Below are positions 15,857 to 23,108 of a stretch of DNA of 64,000 nt, piece after piece; position 1 is the first letter of the stretch; every line of letters begins with the position of its first letter. Source of the stretch: Acidimicrobiia bacterium (GTDB lineage: Bacteria > Actinomycetota > Acidimicrobiia > IMCC26256 > PALSA-610); the NCBI GenBank assembly GCA_038320885.1, contig JBBQER010000002.1, positions 43,086 through 107,085 on the forward strand. Reading direction: 5' to 3'. Below the pieces are notes generated by a model. That model was given only the letters and a program-made list of their open reading frames with translations, made no database searches and had not been told where the DNA came from. Both the position numbers and the translations under genes were made by a program.

Positions 15857-15874
15857 GCTTTCGTGTCACTTTCG
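15857..15874 (-). promoter_or_regulatory. SARP-box-like direct repeats (CGAAAGT-N4-CGAAAGC), 10 nt upstream of TATGTT
   Basis: The minus strand reads CGAAAGTGACACGAAAGC-GTGCACTGGG-TATGTT (-10 at 15841-15846), upstream of beta-helix gene 2 and 66 bp downstream of the SARP stop codon. Confidence 0.55.
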
Positions 15875-15910
15875 CGTCCGCGAAAAGCGCGCAAATCCGG
15901 CACAAACCGT

Positions 15911-15955
15911 CAGGAGATCGGCCGGCAGGAGATCGGCCGTCAGCAGATCGTCAAC
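15911..15955. repeat. 15-bp tandem repeat x3 straddling the SARP stop codon
   Basis: caggagatcggccgg / caggagatcggccgt / cagcagatcgtcaac. The third copy encodes the last SARP codons and the other two lie past the stop. Confidence 0.85.
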
Positions 15956-16806
15956 CCGGCCCGTAGTGACCGTTGGTCCACGTCGATCGCTTCTTCGTGG
16001 TCGGCGATCACCACATCGGCGTGGTCGATCGCCGTTCGGCGATCGCGGAGGAGTTCGGGGTCGCCCCTCAGGATGCGACTGTGGAGCCGTTGCAGGTCTT
16101 CGTGCGGATCGACACCGAAGTCGGTGAGCAGGAGCCGCCGCAGATCCTCGTACGCCGCGAGCGCCTCGATCTGGCGACCGCCTCGATACAACGCGGTCAT
16201 CTGATGCGCGCGGAGGCGCTCTCTCCACGGATTCGCCGCGATGATCGATTCAATATCGGGCAGCAACTCGAGATGACGTCCGCAGCGCAGATAGGCAGCA
16301 TTGCGCGACTCGATCAGCCCGAGATGGAACTCTCGCAAGCGGCGGGCGGTTACGTCATAGAACGGAAAGTTCGCGACGTCGGCGAGCGGCTCACCGCTCC
16401 AGCACCCGAGTGCGCGGTCGAACTCCACAGCCGCGCGCTTGGCATCGCCATGACCGAGTGCGCTCCGCGCCGCGACTGCGGATGCCTCTGCCCGCGAGAG
16501 GTCGAGCTCGTCGGGCTGCAGCTCCATCCGGTAGCCCCCCGACTCACTCACGATCAAGGGCGCGACATCTTCGAGCGCGCGGCGCAGTCGACAGACCACG
16601 ATGTGCAGCGCGGACTCCGGATGTTGCGGTGGTGTCTCGCCCCAGATGCCGTCGATCAAGTTCGACGAGCTCACGGTGCGATTGACATCGAGCAGGAGCC
16701 GGGCCAGCAGCGCGCGTTGGCGGGGGGCGGCGATCTTCACGACACGCGTCCCGACCTTGACGCCGACAGGCCCGAGGACGCTGCACCGAAGGGGCTGGTC
16801 GATCAT
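15940..16806 (-). CDS. SARP-family transcriptional activator (OmpR-type winged helix + BTAD)
   Basis: MIDQPLRCSVLGPVGVKVGTRVVKIAAPRQRALLARLLLDVNRTVSSSNLIDGIWGETPP...YRMEL, then BTAD (...WRERLRAHQMTALYRGGRQIEALAAYEDLRRLLLTDFGVDPHEDLQRLHSRIL). Internal ATG at 16804-16806. Confidence 0.85.
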   Translation of the reverse strand: MIDQPLRCSVLGPVGVKVGTRVVKIAAPRQRALLARLLLDVNRTVSSSNLIDGIWGETPPQHPESALHIVVCRLRRALEDVAPLIVSESGGYRMELQPDELDLSRAEASAVAARSALGHGDAKRAAVEFDRALGCWSGEPLADVANFPFYDVTARRLREFHLGLIESRNAAYLRCGRHLELLPDIESIIAANPWRERLRAHQMTALYRGGRQIEALAAYEDLRRLLLTDFGVDPHEDLQRLHSRILRGDPELLRDRRTAIDHADVVIADHEEAIDVDQRSLRAGLTIC

Positions 16807-17046
16807 GAGTTGATTCCTCCGCGCCCCCGCTGAGCACTTCGGCAGCATTGTAGAACCTATTACGCGACATTCACAGCCCGCGCACACGAAGAAATACCCA
16901 AGTGAACGCGTTCGTCACAGAAAAAATTGGTCGATCTGCTTTCGCGCCCCGAGTCGTCTAACGTCGCGCCACGCGTTTTGGCAGACGGGTCGTCCGTCCG
17001 TGTGTCACGATCGAGTCGGGGGCACGGATTGGCCGCAAGCCATGCA

Positions 17047-18255
17047 ATGCCCATGGAGGGGGCGGACGTGCCGTCCGCAACCCGGCGGCGGTCCGCGTCG
17101 TCGCAGCTCAACGATGCGCTCATTCTCGACGCCGGCTTACACGAGATCGAAGCAGTCGGCATCGATCGGTTCGGCATGAGCGCAGTCGCGCGCCGCGCGG
17201 GGTTGACCACCGGCGCGCTGTACGGCCGTTACGAGAGTGGAGCGGAGCTTGCCGCCGCGGTGTGGAGCGTTCGGGTCCGCGATCGCCACTTCGAGCTCAT
17301 CGACAGTGCGATCGCCGCGCTCGTCGACCGTACGGCCCCGCCCGCGCTCGACGAGCTGCTCGAGGAGCTCGCCTCGCCCTCCACCGAGACGGTCGTCGCG
17401 CTCGAGATCCTCGGAACCGCGCGCCGCGTCGACGAGCTGGAGGAGGTGGTGCTCGCCGACGTGAACCAGTGGATGACGCACTGGGCGGCCGGTCCGAGAA
17501 CGCGCCGCAGACGGCGCCGGGCCCAAGTCGTGTACACGTTGGCAACATTATGGGGAGTTCTCCTGCACCGGGGCCCCGGACATCGGCGCCTCGACTGGAG
17601 CCCGACGTTGCGCGGGTTGCACCGGTCATTCGGGCGCCCGTACGACGAACCGTCGGATCGGCTCGTGGCCAACATCCCGGCGCTCGTGCGCTCGCAAACT
17701 GACGACGCGGTTGAAGACGCTCTCATCGACGCCGTCGCCGCCATCGTTTCCCGTGTCGGATTGGAGCGCGCGACCGGGTCCCGGATCGCGCGCCGGGCGG
17801 GCCTCACCTCCGGCGCGATCTACGGCAGGTACGAGAACAAGGAGGCCCTCCTCGAGCACGCCATCGACAGCCTGCTCGCCCGCCGGCTCACCGACGACGT
17901 GGGATCCCTGGACGAGATACTCGTTGCCGGCGATCCGGGCGCGGTGACGGCGCAAATCGTGGCCGGCTACCTCAGCCCGCCACGGCGGGACTGGCGAAGA
18001 TTTCGGATCGAGGCGCACCTCGCCGCGCGCACGCACCCTCATGTCGCCGCGACACTCGACCGGGTGCAGGAACACGCGAAACGCGAGTACCTGACCGCCG
18101 TCGGCGCCCGCACACCGAAGGAACGACGCGAGTTCGACATCCTCGCCCGCTCTGCGCAAGTGACACCGGTGGGCCTCGCCTTCACCGATCTTCTCGTTCC
18201 CGGCGTTCCCGCCATCGACTGGCGGCTGGTGCTCTGCCCATTGTTGTCGCCCTGA
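17047..18255 (+). CDS. tandem-duplicated TetR-family regulator (two TetR_N HTH units in one polypeptide)
   Basis: HTH 1 is IDRFGMSAVARRAGLTTGALYGRYESGAELAAAVW. HTH 2 is LERATGSRIARRAGLTSGAIYGRYENKEALLEHAI. The start is uncertain (ATG 17047 chosen; the track ORF starts at 16927). Confidence 0.7.
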   Translation: MPMEGADVPSATRRRSASSQLNDALILDAGLHEIEAVGIDRFGMSAVARRAGLTTGALYGRYESGAELAAAVWSVRVRDRHFELIDSAIAALVDRTAPPALDELLEELASPSTETVVALEILGTARRVDELEEVVLADVNQWMTHWAAGPRTRRRRRRAQVVYTLATLWGVLLHRGPGHRRLDWSPTLRGLHRSFGRPYDEPSDRLVANIPALVRSQTDDAVEDALIDAVAAIVSRVGLERATGSRIARRAGLTSGAIYGRYENKEALLEHAIDSLLARRLTDDVGSLDEILVAGDPGAVTAQIVAGYLSPPRRDWRRFRIEAHLAARTHPHVAATLDRVQEHAKREYLTAVGARTPKERREFDILARSAQVTPVGLAFTDLLVPGVPAIDWRLVLCPLLSP

Positions 18256-18320
18256 CAACCACGGCGTTTCGCTCGCAGCGGCGATGCCGCCCGTCGGAAT
18301 CGGGCGCACTCGAACGATGA

Positions 18321-20171
18321 GTGATCGTGGGAGCCACAACTAGCCTCCACTCGATGCGCCGCATCCGGGCTCGCCAGGAATACCAGTTCTTCGGCGCGCT
18401 GTTCCGCGCCGCACCCGGGCTGGCATACGGATGGTGGCTGCTGCTCGGGCTGCGCGGCTTGCTCCCGGCGGGCATTGCCGTCGCGACCGGCGCGTTGATC
18501 GGCGCCGTGGAGAGCGGCAAATCGCTCGCCGGGCCGCTCACCGCGGTCGGCATCGTGTTCGTGCTGTTCCAGGTGCTCACTCCGCTGCACCTCGCGATCA
18601 GCGCCAACCTCGGCAGCCGTACGGCGGCGTACCTCTATGACCGGCTGATGCGCGCGACCACCGCGCCGCCCGGTATCGCCCACCTCGAACGTCCCGATCT
18701 CACGACCGACCTCACGGTCGCGCGCGACTTCGACCTCGGGATCACCGGGCCCCCGCTCTCGATCAGCATGGACTTCATCGCGAGCGGCTTGGTCGAGATG
18801 GTCGGCGGATTCGCGTCGGGCGTGCTGCTGCTCGCGTTCGCGTGGTGGGCGGCGCCGCTGCTCATCGGCGCGTGGCTGTCGACCCACTACCTCCTACGCG
18901 AGTCGGCGGTGTGGCGCGATCGCAACACCGACGAGGTTCGGGCGGCACAACGTCACGCCGAGTATGCGTATCGACTCGCCGTGGACGCTCCTGCCGCCAA
19001 GGAAGTGCGCCTGTTCGGACTTTCCGACTGGGTCATCGACCGCTTCACGACGCGCCGGCGCCACCTCTATCAGCTCCAGTGGAAGTCGACCCGGCTGCGC
19101 GAGCGCCCGCTCGCGTTGAGCGTGCTGGTCGTGCTCGGTGCGAACGCGCTGATCGCCTGGTCGGTCGCCGACGCCGCGGGTGACGGCCGCATCAGCCTCG
19201 ACCGCACCGTCGTGTTCCTCACCGCGCTCGTCGGAACCTCGATGATCGCGTTCGGAGGATGGAGTTGGGCGCTCGACGGCTCGGCCGCGCCGGTCGCCGC
19301 GCTCGCCCGGCTCGAGCCGCGCATGGCCGAAGCCGGCGCGCTCCCCGTCGCGGCCGGCGCCGTCGCCGCGGCGGCGATGCCGGCGCGCGAGATCCGCTTC
19401 CGCGACGTCACGTTCGCGTACCGGCCCGACCTCCCGCCGGTGCTCGAGGACTTCGACCTCACGATTCCGGCCGGATCGTCGCTCGCGATCGTCGGCGTGA
19501 ACGGGGCCGGCAAGACCACCCTCGCGAAGTTGTTGTGCCGCCTCTACGACCCGCAGTCGGGCAGCATCGAGATCGACGGCGTCGACCTGCGCGAGCTCGA
19601 CATCGACGGTTGGCGCTCGCGCGTGACCGCCGTGTTCCAGGACTTCGTCCGCTACGAACGGTCGCTGCGCGTCAACATCGCGCCGCGCGGGGCACCCGAC
19701 GCCGCGATCCTCGAGGCGCTGCGCGAGGCGGGCGCCGACGATCTCGCCGATCTCGACACCGTGCTCGCCAAGTCGTACACGAACGGCATCGACCTCTCGG
19801 GCGGGCAATGGCAACGCGTCGCGCTCGCGCGCGCCTTGTGCGCGGTCCGCCTAGGTTCCGGCGTCGTGCTCCTCGACGAACCGACCGCCCAGCTCGACGT
19901 GCGCGGCGAGGCCGAGATCTTCGCCCGCGTACTCGCCGCAACCAGTCACACCACGACGATTCTCGTGTCGCACCGGTTCTCGACCGTTCGCCAGGCCGAC
20001 CGCATCTGTGTCGTCGAGCTGGGCCGCGTCGTCGAGCTGGGCACGCACGACGAGCTCATGGCGCGGCGCGGGCGCTACCAGACCATGTTCGACCTCCAGG
20101 CGTCACGCTTCGCCGAAGCCATGGAGCTCGACGAGCACGGCGAGCAGGTGGTGCATGAAACACTCACCTGA
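18321..20171 (+). CDS. ABC exporter, fused permease-ATPase
   Basis: N-terminal TM region, Walker A GVNGAGKTTL, signature LSGGQWQRVALARAL, Walker B VVLLDEPTAQLD. An alternative start is ATG 18354. Confidence 0.8.
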   Translation: MIVGATTSLHSMRRIRARQEYQFFGALFRAAPGLAYGWWLLLGLRGLLPAGIAVATGALIGAVESGKSLAGPLTAVGIVFVLFQVLTPLHLAISANLGSRTAAYLYDRLMRATTAPPGIAHLERPDLTTDLTVARDFDLGITGPPLSISMDFIASGLVEMVGGFASGVLLLAFAWWAAPLLIGAWLSTHYLLRESAVWRDRNTDEVRAAQRHAEYAYRLAVDAPAAKEVRLFGLSDWVIDRFTTRRRHLYQLQWKSTRLRERPLALSVLVVLGANALIAWSVADAAGDGRISLDRTVVFLTALVGTSMIAFGGWSWALDGSAAPVAALARLEPRMAEAGALPVAAGAVAAAAMPAREIRFRDVTFAYRPDLPPVLEDFDLTIPAGSSLAIVGVNGAGKTTLAKLLCRLYDPQSGSIEIDGVDLRELDIDGWRSRVTAVFQDFVRYERSLRVNIAPRGAPDAAILEALREAGADDLADLDTVLAKSYTNGIDLSGGQWQRVALARALCAVRLGSGVVLLDEPTAQLDVRGEAEIFARVLAATSHTTTILVSHRFSTVRQADRICVVELGRVVELGTHDELMARRGRYQTMFDLQASRFAEAMELDEHGEQVVHETLT

Positions 20172-21951
20172 CGATCTGCCCCCGGCGCTCAGCTCGCTCT
20201 GGCGCACGGTGAAGTTCGGGTATCGCGCCGAGCCGCGCGGCCTCCTCCTCGCGTTCACGATGACCGTCGTGATGGCATTGCCCGACGCGCTGATCGCGTT
20301 GTGGCTCAAGTTCCTCGCCGACGGCTTCAACCATCACGACCGCAACCGCATCCTCATCGCCGCGCTCGGACTGGCGGCATCGGCGACGGCAACCTGGTTC
20401 CTGAGAGTCCTGTTCGACCGGGCCCAGCGTCGCTTCCGCGACAAGATCTCCGTCGCGCTCGAAGCCCACGTCGCGACGCTGCAGGCGTCGGTGGCGACCA
20501 TCGAGCACCACGAGCGACCGGACTACCTCGATCGCCTCTCGGTGCTGCGCAACCAGGTATTCGCGCTCGACCATCTGTTCATGTCGCTGTTCTCGACCGC
20601 GGGCTGGATCATCCGGTTGGCCGCCACGCTCGTGCTGCTCGTAACCGTCAGCCCACTCCTCGTGTTCCTCCCGTTGTTCGCGATCCCGATCGTGATCACG
20701 GCGACGTGGCGGCCCGGCATCGAACGCCGGGTGGAAGAGTCCGTCGCACCCCACGACCGCCTCGCCAAGCATCTCTTCGTGCTCGGGACGACCGCGCCGC
20801 CCGGCAAGGAGCTCCGAGTCGTCGGGCTCGGTTCGCAACTCCAACGCGAGCGGCGCGAGTCGTGGGACGAGTGGTACCAGCCGATCGCCGCGACGCGCGT
20901 GATCACCGCGCTGTGGCACACCATCGCGTGGGCGCTGTTCGGCGGCGCGTACGTGGGCGCGATTGTGTACGTCGCGGTGCGACTCGACGCCAACGTCGGC
21001 AACGTGGTGCTGGTGGTGACCGCGGGGAGCCGGCTCTCGCAGTACGTCGGCGCCGCGGTCGGCGAGCTCGGCTTCCTGCGCGGCATCTGGCTCGACTCGT
21101 CACGCCGGCTCGCGTGGCTCGAGGACTACGCCGCGAGCAAGGCGCGGACCGCCGAAGTGGGGGCGCCGGATCGCATCACCGACGCCATCCGGTTCGAGCA
21201 TGTTTCGTTCTCGTACCCCGGTACCGATCACGAAGCGCTGACCGACGTGAACATCGAGCTCCCGGCCGGCGCGGTGATCGCGCTCGTCGGCGAGAACGGC
21301 GCGGGCAAGAGCACGCTCGTGAAGCTGCTCGCCGACATGTACACGCCCACGAGCGGTCGGATCACGGTCGACGGCGTCGACGTCGCCCGCATGGCTCCCG
21401 ACGAGTGGCGCGACCATCTTGCGGGCGCGTTCCAGGACTTCTACCGCTTCGAGCTGTTCGCGCAGGCAAGCGTCGGGGTCGGCGACCACCCCAACATCGA
21501 GGCGCGACCTGCGGTCGAGCGCGCCGTCGGGCGCGCGGGTGCGGTCGACGTGATCGAAGGACTCGCGGCCGGGCTCGACACGCAGCTCGGTCCGACCTGG
21601 GACGACGGTGTGGACGTGAGCTTCGGTCAGTGGCAGAAGCTCGCGCTCTCCCGCGGGTTCATGCGTGAGCAGCCGCTCCTCCTCGTACTCGACGAGCCGA
21701 CGGCGGCGCTCGATGCCGAGACCGAGCACGCGCTGTTCGAGCGCTTTGCCGCGGTGGCGCGTTCGGACATTGCGACGAACGGCGGCGTCACCATCCTCGT
21801 CTCGCATCGCTTTTCGACGGTTCGGATGGCGGATTTGATCGTGGTGCTCGACGGTGCCAGGGTCGTCGAGGTGGGCACGCACGAGGAGCTCATCGCGCGG
21901 GCCGGGCAGTACGCCGACCTGTACGCGATCCAAGCGGCGGCGTATCGCTAA
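20155..21951 (+). CDS. ABC exporter, fused permease-ATPase (probable heterodimer partner)
   Basis: Internal ATG 20155 (MKHSPDDLPPALSSLWRTVKFGY...), Walker A GENGAGKSTL, degenerate signature VSFGQWQKLALSRG, Walker B LLVLDEPTAALD. It overlaps the upstream gene by 17 nt. Confidence 0.8.
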   Translation: MKHSPDDLPPALSSLWRTVKFGYRAEPRGLLLAFTMTVVMALPDALIALWLKFLADGFNHHDRNRILIAALGLAASATATWFLRVLFDRAQRRFRDKISVALEAHVATLQASVATIEHHERPDYLDRLSVLRNQVFALDHLFMSLFSTAGWIIRLAATLVLLVTVSPLLVFLPLFAIPIVITATWRPGIERRVEESVAPHDRLAKHLFVLGTTAPPGKELRVVGLGSQLQRERRESWDEWYQPIAATRVITALWHTIAWALFGGAYVGAIVYVAVRLDANVGNVVLVVTAGSRLSQYVGAAVGELGFLRGIWLDSSRRLAWLEDYAASKARTAEVGAPDRITDAIRFEHVSFSYPGTDHEALTDVNIELPAGAVIALVGENGAGKSTLVKLLADMYTPTSGRITVDGVDVARMAPDEWRDHLAGAFQDFYRFELFAQASVGVGDHPNIEARPAVERAVGRAGAVDVIEGLAAGLDTQLGPTWDDGVDVSFGQWQKLALSRGFMREQPLLLVLDEPTAALDAETEHALFERFAAVARSDIATNGGVTILVSHRFSTVRMADLIVVLDGARVVEVGTHEELIARAGQYADLYAIQAAAYR

Positions 21952-22658
21952 TGGCTCGCCGGTCGCTCCGGGTCGTGAACGAGTCGTCGTACCGGACACC
22001 CCGGGTTGCGACCGCGATCGATGCGATCGTGAAAGCGCTGCGGGTCCAGTTGCGCGACGTCGCCGCCGCCTGGGGTGAGTACGTGTGGGACGTTGTCGAC
22101 GACGCCGGGACGCAGGGCTTCAAGATCGTGCTGCTCGACGACGACGCCGCGGCCGATGCGCTCGGGTATCACGACGTGAACGAGAACGACGGCACGCCGT
22201 ACGCCCGCGTGTTCGTCGATCCCATCTTGGAGAACGGCGGGACCTGGCTCCGAGGCGCGAACTCCGTCTCTGCTACTGCGTCGCACGAAGCGTGTGAGCT
22301 GGTCGGCGATCCGGCCGCGAACCACTGGGTCGAGGACGCGCGCGGCGCGCTCGTGGCCGCCGAGTTGTGCGATCCGGTGGAGAGCTGCGCGTACACGATC
22401 GCACTGCGCGACGGTCGCCGGGTCAGCGTCTCCGATTTCGTCTACCCCGACTGGTTCAACCCCTACGTGCCGGCCGGCACGCAAGTGGACCACATGCGCA
22501 AGCTGCGGCGGCCGTTCGAGATCGCGCCCGACGGCTATGTGATCCACCACACGAGCACCGGCGTCCGCAACATTTGGGGGCGTTCGTATCCGCGCTGGCG
22601 CAAGGCCGGGAAGCGCGCGTACGGCTCGCGCACCCGCGTTCGCCATCTCCTCGGCTGA
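21951..22658 (+). CDS. hypothetical protein (235 aa), translationally coupled to the ABC exporter
   Basis: TAATG overlap at 21949-21953. The sequence has coding-like composition with LGYHDVNENDGTPYARVF and SATASHEACELVGDPAANHW (HExxE). No family recognised. Confidence 0.55.
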   Translation: MARRSLRVVNESSYRTPRVATAIDAIVKALRVQLRDVAAAWGEYVWDVVDDAGTQGFKIVLLDDDAAADALGYHDVNENDGTPYARVFVDPILENGGTWLRGANSVSATASHEACELVGDPAANHWVEDARGALVAAELCDPVESCAYTIALRDGRRVSVSDFVYPDWFNPYVPAGTQVDHMRKLRRPFEIAPDGYVIHHTSTGVRNIWGRSYPRWRKAGKRAYGSRTRVRHLLG

Positions 22659-22673
22659 CTAGGGTCACGAACC

Positions 22674-23108
22674 ATGCCGAAGCAGTCGTCACGATTCGAC
22701 GGGCGATTCGACGGGATGGCCGTCACCGCGGGATCGATCCGCCTCGCTTCGGGCCTGTCGTTCCTCGTGGCGCCCGAGGCCGCGAACCGCATGTGGGGAG
22801 ACACGGAGCACAGCGGGCCGACCGCCAGCCTCCTCTTGCGCTCGATGGGCTATCGCGACGCGCTGATCGGCGGCCTGCTGCTCGCCGCCGGAGTGCGCGG
22901 CAAAGGAAATGTCGCGGGCTGGTTCCTCGCGTCGGCGGGCGCCGATGCCGCCGACCTGCTCGGGGGCATCGTCAACCACCATCGCATGAGCCGGCAACAA
23001 CAGCTCCGCGGGCTCGGTGGCGCCGCGGTCGGGATCGGTGTGGGGTTGCTCGGCGCCTACCGGAGCTCGATGCGCCGGCCTGCTTCGACCGACGCGTACG
23101 CGGCGTAG
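22674..23108 (+). CDS. hypothetical small membrane protein
   Basis: Gly/Ala-rich hydrophobic helices (ALIGGLLLAAGV, GLGGAAVGIGVGLLGAY). The 3' end overlaps the convergent oxidoreductase by 52 nt, so the C-terminus is uncertain. Confidence 0.45.
   Translation: MPKQSSRFDGRFDGMAVTAGSIRLASGLSFLVAPEAANRMWGDTEHSGPTASLLLRSMGYRDALIGGLLLAAGVRGKGNVAGWFLASAGADAADLLGGIVNHHRMSRQQQLRGLGGAAVGIGVGLLGAYRSSMRRPASTDAYAA

Noticed and set aside
10606-15966. Long plus-strand ORFs (10606-11370, 11473-12381, 12391-14241, 14362-15966) antisense to the beta-helix genes
   Set aside because: The translations are Arg/Gly/Asp/Val low-complexity with no motifs. The opposite strand encodes clearly structured signal-peptide/beta-helix/FN3 proteins. 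Shadow ORFs are expected at this GC content.
9340-22658. SARP-associated secondary-metabolite biosynthetic gene cluster
   Set aside because: No PKS, NRPS, terpene cyclase, lanthipeptide or other core biosynthetic enzyme is within 15 kb of the SARP gene. The neighbours are secreted structural-type proteins, TetR regulators and exporters.
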